Positions 9,578-17,167 are shown, numbered from the stretch's first letter. The stretch is 20,000 nucleotides of DNA from an uncultured virus (IMG/VR IMGVR_UViG_3300011215_000001) (IMGVR_UViG_3300011215_000001), one strand, 5' to 3'. Numbers and translations: made by a program. The notes: generated by a model from the letters alone, not told the origin.

Positions 9578-10582
9578 TTATTCAAATGGTAAATCTTCTT
9601 CATCTTCTTCATCGAAATCATCTTCATCAATGTTACCATTGAATCCATCTTCGTCAGAAGAGAACAAGTCATTTTCATTGTATTTATTTTTTTCATATGT
9701 AGTTGAATCTACAGATGTAATTCGTAATTCACGAACAAAATTAGTTATGTATTTGAATGACTCTTTAATATCGTCATCCCCACCCCAATCATCTTCATCC
9801 TCAACAACTTCTTCTGCATCATCTTCGACAGCAATGCTTGCAATTCGACCATAAACTTTAATAAAATCGCCTAGTGAGAATCGCTTAGTAATGTTGTTTG
9901 CAAGTTTTGGGTGAGTTGTCTCATCAACAATGAAATCAGCATCTGCTGTATCGCCATTGTATTTTACTACTTTTGCATTCACAAGTACTTTGTTTTCATC
10001 AGATAACTTTTCAGTCTCTAACACAACAATTTCTTGCTCAAAAATAGCTTCTTCTTTGAAGTCTTCATCATCGAAATCTAGTTCGATGTCTTTTTTAGTA
10101 ACAGACTTGATAATAAATTTAGTAGAGCGTTTAACTTCGCCTTCATCATTTTCATATTGTTGGAAGTCAATTTCTCCATCTAACTGAATAACATCTTCTT
10201 CATTCAAGTTGTTTAGAATGTAATCAACTGCATCATATTCTACTAGTACTTTACGTTGAAGTTTGCCATCTTTGTCTTCCTCTAGCTTAAGGTTTACACC
10301 CATTACCTTGTAGTCGCCATGATTGTCATGTCGTTTTGACCAAGGCACATCTTTGCTTTCCTTAGCTTTTCTAGAGTAAGCTTTTACGTTGTCTCGCTCC
10401 ATACCAAACATCTCTACACGAATTCGATTGTTTGTAGAAGTTTGTACATAGAATGAAATTGATTGAAATTTCTTGTCATCCTTAGTGAATCCTTCACGTA
10501 AAGATTTCTCCTTATCAGAAATGCCTACCACTTTCCCAACTAGCTTAATTTTACCTTTTGTCTGCTCTAACTTTTTAGACAT
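9578..10582 (-). CDS. Single-stranded DNA-binding protein-like (SPbeta YorF-like)
   Basis: Beta-rich OB-fold-like segments and an acidic tail ending DEDEEDLPFE; first gene of the replication cluster; AAAGGAG RBS. Confidence 0.7.
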   Translation of the reverse strand: MSKKLEQTKGKIKLVGKVVGISDKEKSLREGFTKDDKKFQSISFYVQTSTNNRIRVEMFGMERDNVKAYSRKAKESKDVPWSKRHDNHGDYKVMGVNLKLEEDKDGKLQRKVLVEYDAVDYILNNLNEEDVIQLDGEIDFQQYENDEGEVKRSTKFIIKSVTKKDIELDFDDEDFKEEAIFEQEIVVLETEKLSDENKVLVNAKVVKYNGDTADADFIVDETTHPKLANNITKRFSLGDFIKVYGRIASIAVEDDAEEVVEDEDDWGGDDDIKESFKYITNFVRELRITSVDSTTYEKNKYNENDLFSSDEDGFNGNIDEDDFDEEDEEDLPFE

Positions 10583-10612
10583 TAAAAATTTGCACTCCTT
10601 TTTCTCCTATAG

Positions 10613-10621
10613 ATTATAGCA
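10613..10621 (-). promoter_or_regulatory. Extended -10 promoter element (TGCTATAAT) for the replication operon
   Basis: Perfect TGnTATAAT about 30 nt upstream of the ATG at 10582. Confidence 0.55.
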
Positions 10622-10689
10622 ATCCCAACCACTATTGCTACAGATGTCCTTTATGTTAGAGAATACTTTATTTAGTATTCGTGGTGATT

Positions 10690-10722
10690 GTAAAGTTATA
10701 CAATCTGTATGTATAACTTTAC
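10690..10722. repeat. Perfect 13-7-13 inverted repeat overlapping a candidate promoter
   Basis: GTAAAGTTATACA-ATCTGTA-TGTATAACTTTAC; overlaps the -10 of TTGAAT(10744-10739)-N17-TAAAGT(10721-10716) on the minus strand. Confidence 0.8.
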
Positions 10723-10771
10723 TAGACTTGCTTCAAAAATTCAAGTAGTTTTTTTTCAGTTTTTAATTTTT

Positions 10772-11224
10772 TTAAATGACCATTTTTACGATTGTTGGGA
10801 AGTCAAGGAATTCATCAGTATTACTAGCTAGACGGAACATGTGTTCTATTTTAATTTGTAAAGAACCCCCTGCATTTATTAAAGCTAATATGTCATTAAT
10901 GACAATGCCCTCGCAGAATACCACTTCCAACTTACGTCTTACAAAATGAGGACTTCCAGTGGAAACAATTTGAGATGCTTTGCTGTAACCAGTTCTGTCT
11001 ACCTCAGACAATCTAAGAGCCCTTGTTTTCTTGCGATACTCGTATGCTATTCTAGGATATGTAAATTTTGAATTGACCTCATAAAAATCTAATAAATCAT
11101 GGAAGTCAATCACTGTTTCTATCGTTACAATTAAATCCCTCAGATTCTTTCCACGAAAACCCATTTCTGCAAGAGTATCCTTTAAATGTACTTTATCAAG
11201 TTTTCTATTCACACCCACATCCAA
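10772..11224 (-). CDS. Stand-alone Spo0A C-terminal effector-domain-like protein (no receiver domain)
   Basis: LAEMGF..., FTYPRIAYEY, VRRKLEVVFCEG and NTDEFL align by eye with Spo0A IHEIGVP, LYPDIAKKF, IRHAIEVAWSRG and TNSEFI. TTG start with AAGGAGG. Confidence 0.6.
   Translation of the reverse strand: MDVGVNRKLDKVHLKDTLAEMGFRGKNLRDLIVTIETVIDFHDLLDFYEVNSKFTYPRIAYEYRKKTRALRLSEVDRTGYSKASQIVSTGSPHFVRRKLEVVFCEGIVINDILALINAGGSLQIKIEHMFRLASNTDEFLDFPTIVKMVI
10834..10847 (-). promoter_or_regulatory. Candidate LexA (Cheo/SOS) box AGAACACATGTTCC
   Basis: Matches the Bacillus consensus CGAACRNRYGTTYC at 13/14; lies inside the 3' end of the Spo0A-like gene, about 90 bp upstream of the candidate -35 at 10744. 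Confidence 0.45.
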
Positions 11225-11363
11225 ACTTTTTATCCTCCTTGCTTTACATAAATCAATTGACAGTAAACACTATTAAGATAATGATAAAATAGTAGCACTT
11301 CAATAATGTTATGTTTAATATTATACATTATAAATTACTGACTTACAAATTAAATATTAACAT

Positions 11364-11401
11364 ATTATAACACTTAAAGTACATAATCAAACGTGTGTTC
11401 T
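11364..11401 (-). promoter_or_regulatory. SigA-type extended -10 promoter (TGTTATAAT) with a LexA box (AGAACACACGTTTG) overlapping the -35 region
   Basis: TATAAT at 11369-11364 with TG; GAAC-ACAC-GTTT at 11400-11389 in intergenic DNA. Confidence 0.6.
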
Positions 11402-11474
11402 CATTAAAATGAGTACTACTACCTATTTATGTGTGTGAATAGATTTTCCTAACGGTACGATTTTCAGTACATCT

Positions 11475-11813
11475 TTATATCCAGTGCTCCTTGCTACCAA
11501 CACGCCAAGCACCTTCTCTATTGGATATAGAGTAGAAATCATTTCCTATTTCTTCAACATTTCCAGACTCGTACTTGTTCAGCCACTGTTCTCCTAATGC
11601 GAACATTTTTTCTAGTCCTTTTTCATTCTTATCACTTGTCCTTGCTTCGAGTAAACAGAACCCTGTATCTTTCCGTAAATAAAGCTGTACAACAAAACCA
11701 TACAGCATAAAACTTACATAACAATAAACACCTTTATTTACTTTTTGTCCATGATTAAACTTAGGTGAATAAAACCACCCTTGGCTTTCTGAGTATTCTT
11801 TTAATATATTCAC
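11475..11813 (-). CDS. Hypothetical protein
   Basis: GTG start with GAGGGG RBS; co-oriented. Confidence 0.7.
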   Translation of the reverse strand: MNILKEYSESQGWFYSPKFNHGQKVNKGVYCYVSFMLYGFVVQLYLRKDTGFCLLEARTSDKNEKGLEKMFALGEQWLNKYESGNVEEIGNDFYSISNREGAWRVGSKEHWI

Positions 11814-11829
11814 AATAGTTACCCCTCAC

Positions 11830-12474
11830 CTATTCGTTTGTAAAAAAAGAGGATATTCTACCAGTAAGTCTTTCAACACCTTTAATCCCTTCATCACCAA
11901 ACTGTGAAAAGAAATCAGCATATCCTAATACTATTTCTTGCAATAATGCACTGTCGAATGTTAATTTCATACCAACATCATTAGTTATTTCTGTGGCATC
12001 TAATTCATCTAGCCTATGACTATTTGCTTTAATTTTATCTATTATTGTTTCTGTCTCAATTGGTTTAATGACTGTGAAATCACCCATACAACCCATTACC
12101 ATTTGTAATGATTCTGTGTCTCGACTTAAGTAAAATAGCATTTGAGGATTTTTTTTCAATAATTCTCTAATGAATTCACGAACTTCTGGAATTTCATAAA
12201 GTTCTGTATTCACTTCATTATCATAACCATCAATAACAATAAAAACTTTTTCTTCGTACTTTTTCCATTGTTTGTCTAGTTTCTTAAAAAATCTAGTTCC
12301 AACTTTTATATTTTTGCTCTCAATGTCATTTTTTGTAAACAAAATATATTGCATCCCTAAAATGCTTGCTTGTACCCTAAACATATCATGCATATCCTTA
12401 AGGCGTTCTGCACCACTTTTTTCATTGCTTTCTAATAGTTTTTCATAAAATTCTTTGTTAGAGAAATTTTTCAC
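11830..12474 (-). CDS. CRR6/DUF1817-like domain protein
   Basis: IDGYDNE..ELYEIPEVREFIRELLKKNPQMLFYL resembles the ELxEIPEVR...P.L.F signature of DUF1817/CRR6; GTG start with AAGGAGG. Confidence 0.6.
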   Translation of the reverse strand: MKNFSNKEFYEKLLESNEKSGAERLKDMHDMFRVQASILGMQYILFTKNDIESKNIKVGTRFFKKLDKQWKKYEEKVFIVIDGYDNEVNTELYEIPEVREFIRELLKKNPQMLFYLSRDTESLQMVMGCMGDFTVIKPIETETIIDKIKANSHRLDELDATEITNDVGMKLTFDSALLQEIVLGYADFFSQFGDEGIKGVERLTGRISSFFTNE

Positions 12475-12506
12475 AATGTACCTCCTTAATTATATTTTTC
12501 CTTGTA

Positions 12507-12713
12507 TTAATAATATCTGAGTAATTTCAATAGCGTTTCTTTGTCAATTGAAATTCTAGTTGACAATTCTGTAATTGCTCTATCTTCATTCTTAAGAAGT
12601 GTATCTGTTGTACTTCCATATCTTTTAGTTATTTGCACATTCACATCGACTATTATCGCAATCAATTCTTCATTGCTCTTTTCCTTTATTTCTGACAATT
12701 TAATTAGATTCAT
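12507..12713 (-). CDS. Small hypothetical protein
   Basis: ATG with AAGGGGA RBS; overlaps the stop of the upstream small ORF. Confidence 0.65.
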   Translation of the reverse strand: MNLIKLSEIKEKSNEELIAIIVDVNVQITKRYGSTTDTLLKNEDRAITELSTRISIDKETLLKLLRYY

Positions 12714-12828
12714 TTTTTATTCCCCTTTCATGTTTTCTTCCCAGATTATAAAAATAATACGAAGAGAATAGTACAGATATAGAGCAAGCTATTGCTCCAC
12801 CAATGAAACTTGCTACAAAATAACTCAT
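12700..12828 (-). CDS. 42-aa single-TM membrane protein (below track cutoff)
   Basis: MSYFVASFIGGAIACSISVLFSSYYFYNLGRKHERGIKNESN*, with GAGGA RBS; fills the gap between genes. Confidence 0.65.
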   Translation of the reverse strand: MSYFVASFIGGAIACSISVLFSSYYFYNLGRKHERGIKNESN

Positions 12829-12841
12829 ATTTACTTCCTCC

Positions 12842-13174
12842 TTATTCATCCACTAATAAAACTTTGGGTACTAAATGTATCATTTCAGATGTAGTTATGC
12901 ATAATGCCATACCATTATCATACTCATATATCACATTTAATTTTGTATACTTTGGTAGCTTTTCTAAGTCTGTAGCAATATAAGTATCTCTATTCACATA
13001 TTTTTCTTTATCCAGATACTTTCCGATTTTCAAAGTTTGCTCTCGGAAATCTGCAAGTTTATCGAACAATTCAACTAAGTTATCTAATTCAATGCCTTTT
13101 TTCTCTATTTCAAAAAACAATTCTGTTTCTAGCTCGTAATGTTTTTCTATGATATCAAATGTTTTCTTGTCCAT
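12842..13174 (-). CDS. Hypothetical protein, possible C-terminal SH3-like beta domain
   Basis: ATG at 13174 with AAAGGAGG, preferred over the track start at 13204. Confidence 0.65.
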   Translation of the reverse strand: MDKKTFDIIEKHYELETELFFEIEKKGIELDNLVELFDKLADFREQTLKIGKYLDKEKYVNRDTYIATDLEKLPKYTKLNVIYEYDNGMALCITTSEMIHLVPKVLLVDE

Positions 13175-13187
13175 AACTAGCCTCCTT

Positions 13188-13693
13188 TTAAAATTTAAGT
13201 TCAATTTTTTCTACATCAGTAAACTTCCATCTAAACCAATGTGTACTTTCAACATCCCAACCATACAAGGATGTAGGGAATGAATGTCTAGTTTCAATTT
13301 GACCATTTCTAGTAAGATGAATTGCATCATAATCTTCTGCCATTTTTTCAAAGTCTAAGTTTCTAGAAAATGGTAATATAGTTTCTCTTTCATACCTGTT
13401 CAAAGCAGACAATAAATCTTCCAATGTATCAATCACTAAAACTTTAGCTTCCAAAGAAGGAGTTAAAATAAACCCTTTCCATTCTTTTAAACGAAGAGTG
13501 CTTATATCTTTGCAGTAATCGACAAATTCGCTCCCTGTTACTTTATTGTAGTGAGATGTCCATAGCCCCCCTACTCCTTTATTAAGAAGTTCTGGAGAGT
13601 TCTTCACTGGCATCATCTCTGACTCTGTTANNNNNNNNNNTCGTACTGATTAAACTCTTTGTATCTATTTAAGTGAAACTGTTTTGGTAACAT
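13188..13693 (-). CDS. Conserved-looking phage protein (GGLWTS...YGWDVES), possible ADP-ribosyltransferase-like fold; spans the N gap at 13631-13640
   Basis: ATG at 13693 with AGGGAG gives MLPKQFHLNRYKEFNQY before the gap; the ORF continues after it. Confidence 0.6.
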
Positions 13694-13709
13694 TTAAATT
13701 CTCCCTAAA

Positions 13710-14060
13710 TTAAATATCTCCATGATACAGTCCTGCATCACGAAGTTTATGTAAAGATTCTTTTTGGTCGTCATTAGCTTGTCCTACAACAAACCCATTC
13801 CAAACAGCTATAGCTCCTGTCTCTAAACATAGCCATGTTTGTACATCGAAATAGTATTCTTTAGGACATCTATCATATAGTTCATTTCTAGTAATTTCAT
13901 ATTTATCACAAGCAATTTGTATCATTTTTTCTGTATGTGATGGTACAGCATAGGATATTGTACCATCTGCTAAAATCAATACTTCCAGATAATTCATAAA
14001 AGTATTTTTATGAGTATCTATGTCAAAAGGTGAATGTAATACTAGAGTTTCGTTTAACAT
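13710..14060 (-). CDS. Hypothetical phage protein
   Basis: 116-aa ORF with its own extended -10 TGCTATAAT at 14110-14102. Confidence 0.7.
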   Translation of the reverse strand: MLNETLVLHSPFDIDTHKNTFMNYLEVLILADGTISYAVPSHTEKMIQIACDKYEITRNELYDRCPKEYYFDVQTWLCLETGAIAVWNGFVVGQANDDQKESLHKLRDAGLYHGDI

Positions 14061-14111
14061 TTAACTTATTTCCATCTTTCTAATTCGTAGAATTTTACTT
14101 AATTATAGCAT

Positions 14112-14159
14112 AAAAAGTTGTTCGTGATTTTGAGCCTCCTCCACCACGAACAACTTTTT
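14112..14159. terminator. Bidirectional intrinsic terminator downstream of the MrpR-like gene
   Basis: 15-bp arms AAAAAGTTGTTCGTG/CACGAACAACTTTTT, 18-nt loop, U tracts on both strands, abutting the stop codon. Confidence 0.75.
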
Positions 14160-15139
14160 TAGCTATTTTTATTAGTATAATAAAGTTCTGCTATTATCTC
14201 TTCATTTAGAAAATCTCTTAAAGACCACTTATAAGTAACATTAAAAATACTACAAATTTCTTTTATTTGTTTTACCCCAAGAACTCCATCTCGGTCTAAT
14301 ATCTTTTTAGCACAATATATCATACCACTTCTAACTATGTTTTTACTTGTTAGTGCATGTCTATATTCATAAAATTCATCTAGAGAACCTATCATTTTTA
14401 ATCGATTATAAATAGTAAAATGAGTTATTTTTTTAGTTTCAGACGATGTATTAGTTAACGATTTCTTTAGAACATATTCACTTGGTAGAAGAGGTATACT
14501 CTCCTTTAGCCTACTATTAGATTCTAGCTCTCCATTTTTCCTGTAATACTCTATATCTTTACTGGCACTCATTGCAATAGAATAAGTTTTTGAGGAAATT
14601 GGAACATGTACTTCATTATTTTTTCTCTCTACTACAGCATAGTATTTAACAGCATCACCAGATGTGTCTATAATAAAGTCTGACCTTTTTAAGTTTACTA
14701 ATTCCGATGCTTGTTTTCCTTCAATACCCTCAAATAAAGCTTGAATAATTACTTTGTCTTGGTTGTTGTAAAGACTCCCTACGATTGATTCTTTTTCTTC
14801 AAAGCTAATATACAATTTTTCACTAGTAACAAAATCATAAAAATATTCTTGTCTTCGTTTTATAGGATTTACTTTATGGTAAGAATAATCATTTTCTATA
14901 GCCCATTGGATGTAGGAAATTAGGATGTTGCTATAAGTTCTAGAACTTTCTTTTGTGGATGGTTTCAAAATATCTCTCATGAAAACTTTCAGTGCATCAT
15001 CATCGAAATTGTACAAATCTTTATCAGCTTCATTTTCTAACGCTTCTGACTTTTTAAAGATTCTACTATATACTACCTGTGTATTCTCGTTAAACTGAGA
15101 CAGGAATTCATTTTTAAATTTTGGATTATAATACATCAT
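14159..15139 (-). CDS. Tyrosine-recombinase-fold phage repressor, MrpR/YopR(SroF)-like, catalytically degenerate
   Basis: 326 aa. YNPKFKNEFL, IFKKSE..E...KDLYNF, YIQWAI, KLYIS, LFEGIEG..SEL, KNG and IVRSG match the recalled SPbeta YopR pattern. The GxR arginine and HxxR histidine of active integrases are absent. Confidence 0.78.
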   Translation of the reverse strand: MMYYNPKFKNEFLSQFNENTQVVYSRIFKKSEALENEADKDLYNFDDDALKVFMRDILKPSTKESSRTYSNILISYIQWAIENDYSYHKVNPIKRRQEYFYDFVTSEKLYISFEEKESIVGSLYNNQDKVIIQALFEGIEGKQASELVNLKRSDFIIDTSGDAVKYYAVVERKNNEVHVPISSKTYSIAMSASKDIEYYRKNGELESNSRLKESIPLLPSEYVLKKSLTNTSSETKKITHFTIYNRLKMIGSLDEFYEYRHALTSKNIVRSGMIYCAKKILDRDGVLGVKQIKEICSIFNVTYKWSLRDFLNEEIIAELYYTNKNS

Positions 15140-15177
15140 TGAACACCTCTCTGTTTCAATAAACTTTTTTCAATAAT

Positions 15178-15206
15178 ATTATACTCTTTTATTCACTATT
15201 GGTAAA
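15178..15206 (-). promoter_or_regulatory. SigA-type promoter of the MrpR-like gene
   Basis: TTTACC(15206-15201)-N17-TATAAT(15183-15178). Confidence 0.6.
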
Positions 15207-15246
15207 TGTATATTGTCAAAAGCAATGTTACTTTTGACAATATACA
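15207..15246. repeat. Perfect 16-8-16 inverted repeat between the DUF262 and MrpR-like genes
   Basis: TGTATATTGTCAAAAG-CAATGTTA-CTTTTGACAATATACA. Confidence 0.85.
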
Positions 15247-15261
15247 ACTCACTTTTTACTA

Positions 15262-16509
15262 CTATTTGTCAGAATCTGTTTTTTTACTTCCTGTAGCTCT
15301 TGGTTTAGCACTTGCATTCGCTCTAGCTCCAGTAGTTCTACGTGGTCGAGCAGTACCTGTGCCTGTGCCTGTGCCTGTAGCTGTACTTGTAGCTTTATCT
15401 GTAGTTGTTGCTTTTGGGCTCTTAACTTTTGCAATATATTTAGTTAGAGCTTTATCCATTTCGCTCAAACGAATTAATACATTTTCTTTCTTCGGTGTGC
15501 TTGATTGACTAGAAGCTCCATAAGCACTTTCAGTTGAATAGTTATCGATTAGGAAATCTTTGATGAATAAAGCAAACTCTTCGTAGCTTAATTCACTTTC
15601 TTTAGCTTTTAGAGCAGACATGAAAATCATAGGAACATGGACTTTCTTGAATGCTTGCTTTTGTTGTGACTCATCAAGTGAGTTAGCAGAGTTAGCCATG
15701 AAAGTTAATCCATCATTAAGCTTATCGTTTACTTCTTTTGGTAATGTTTCGCCCTTTTCTTTTAACTCAAGGACATATTGACGAATTTGTGGTGAACCAA
15801 AACCTTTAATTCCATCTTTACCTTTTTCAAGTAACATAGCAATCTGCATGATTGCTTCTTGGTCTACAAAACGCTTCTTAGCATCTTTTGTTAGATTCAT
15901 ATAATTTTCAAAGAATTCATGAGTTGCTAATGTATTAATTTCTTCAATCATATCAGAGTGCATTGCTCTTGTTTTCTCGAAAGCAGTTAAGCTACTACCT
16001 GCATTTAAGAATACAAATTGTGTATCACGCTCTTTGTCTGTGATTGCTTCAAGTCGAGCAATACTAATCATTTCATCAAAAATTGCATTTTGAACATTTA
16101 TTGGAAGGTCTTTGAATTTATGTTTGGCAAAATTTTGACCATAAACTTCCTTCATGTTTTTGGACAATGCCCAGTTTCCATCAATGAAATTCATAATAGT
16201 TGTTATACGCTGTTTACCATCAAGGAAGTATAAGTTAGGGTCGCCAACTCTAGCCTCTGCAACAATTTCTGGGATGTAATAGCCATATAGAATACTAAAA
16301 ATTAGGTCAGTTTTTTGTTCATGATTCCAAACTTCACCACGTTGAATAGCAAGTGTAAAATTAAGTTTACCTTGAATCCATTCATCATGAAGAGCTCTGA
16401 TTGATTTACTAGCATTGCTTTTCACAATTTTTGTTTTGCGGATAAAAACAGCCTCTTCGTTTTTGCCTTCAACTTGAGTGTCTTTGTTTTGAATAGTGTT
16501 TGTTGTCAT
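15262..16509 (-). CDS. DUF262 (GmrSD N-terminal, ParB/Srx-like) domain protein with a basic low-complexity C-terminal tail
   Basis: IQRGEVW...K..LIFSILYGYYIP, LDGKQRITTI and F..LNAGSSLT..E signatures; no recognisable HNH/DUF1524 nuclease; GGAGG RBS. Confidence 0.85.
   Translation of the reverse strand: MTTNTIQNKDTQVEGKNEEAVFIRKTKIVKSNASKSIRALHDEWIQGKLNFTLAIQRGEVWNHEQKTDLIFSILYGYYIPEIVAEARVGDPNLYFLDGKQRITTIMNFIDGNWALSKNMKEVYGQNFAKHKFKDLPINVQNAIFDEMISIARLEAITDKERDTQFVFLNAGSSLTAFEKTRAMHSDMIEEINTLATHEFFENYMNLTKDAKKRFVDQEAIMQIAMLLEKGKDGIKGFGSPQIRQYVLELKEKGETLPKEVNDKLNDGLTFMANSANSLDESQQKQAFKKVHVPMIFMSALKAKESELSYEEFALFIKDFLIDNYSTESAYGASSQSSTPKKENVLIRLSEMDKALTKYIAKVKSPKATTTDKATSTATGTGTGTGTARPRRTTGARANASAKPRATGSKKTDSDK
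15356..15391. repeat. In-frame hexamer tandem repeat (CCTGTG)x3 plus degenerate copies, encoding a Thr-Gly repeat
   Basis: cctgtg cctgtg cctgtg cctgta gctgta cttgta, within the DUF262 tail. Confidence 0.8.
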
Positions 16510-16597
16510 AATTAAGTTCCTCCAATTTTTATTAAGTATTGTAACCTTTAATTAAAAAGGTAACACATTACCTCTAAATCACACATTTTTATTAGAT

Positions 16598-16680
16598 ACT
16601 ATAAAAAAATGAAATTACTAATGCCAAAAAAATTATGGTTACATAAAAGAATAATACATCTAATGATATATAATTGCCAA
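16598..16680 (-). promoter_or_regulatory. Two tandem candidate promoters for the DUF262 gene
   Basis: TTGGCA(16680-16675)-N18-TATTAT(16656-16651) and TTGGCA(16627-16622)-N18-TATAGT(16603-16598). Confidence 0.45.
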
Positions 16681-16755
16681 GAAAATATTTATGAATTTTT
16701 GAAACTTTTGAATCCATTATTGCTGAATTTAATTTGTTTACAAATTCTTCATAAC

Positions 16756-17091
16756 TCATAGTGCATCATCTTCTGGTTGTACATAATATTCCCCAAGATA
16801 TTCTTTCCTAAAAATCTCCATCTGTTTAGGATGAATCTTTCTAGCAACTTTAAATATCTCATCTTCATCAATTTCAAAAAAGTCAGCTATTCTCAGCAAT
16901 AACTTATCACTAGCTTCTTTTTCACCCTTAATAACACTAGAGAGCCATACAGCAGACACTCCAAGGCTAGTAGCAAGCATTCTAATAGACAATTGCTTGC
17001 CTTTCGGAAGTTTACCTGTATTTATTAAAAAGTCTTCTCTCGATGTCATGAGGCAAGAAATATAGTCTCCTAATTCCTTTTTCACATCCAT
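16756..17091 (-). CDS. XRE-family helix-turn-helix transcriptional regulator
   Basis: LSIRMLATSLGVSAVWLSSVIKGEKEAS...LLRIADFF; AAGGAGG RBS. Confidence 0.88.
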   Translation of the reverse strand: MDVKKELGDYISCLMTSREDFLINTGKLPKGKQLSIRMLATSLGVSAVWLSSVIKGEKEASDKLLLRIADFFEIDEDEIFKVARKIHPKQMEIFRKEYLGEYYVQPEDDAL

Positions 17092-17123
17092 GTGCGATAC
17101 CTCCTTTTCTACGTGTTTATTAA

Positions 17124-17152
17124 ATCTTACCAGATGCCTATAGTCGTGTAAA
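17124..17152 (-). promoter_or_regulatory. Candidate promoter of the XRE gene
   Basis: TTTACA-N17-TAAGAT with TG in the extended -10 position. Confidence 0.55.
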
Positions 17153-17167
17153 GTATCAATTTATAAT

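Noticed and set aside
10690..10722. loxP site
   Set aside because: It shares only ATAACTT and the general geometry; the arm sequence and spacer do not match loxP.
9091..11958. 0A boxes (TGTCGAA) at about 9091 and 11952
   Set aside because: Both lie inside coding sequence away from promoters and are expected by chance.
14159..15139. Active prophage integrase with an att site
   Set aside because: The catalytic Arg and His motifs are missing, it matches the MrpR/YopR pattern, and phage genes continue on both sides.
15249..15434. 61-aa Gln/Leu-rich minus-strand ORF
   Set aside because: It is an alternative frame of the DUF262 low-complexity tail.
15262..16509. Complete GmrSD type IV restriction system
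   Set aside because: No HNH/DUF1524 nuclease domain or adjacent nuclease gene is recognisable.
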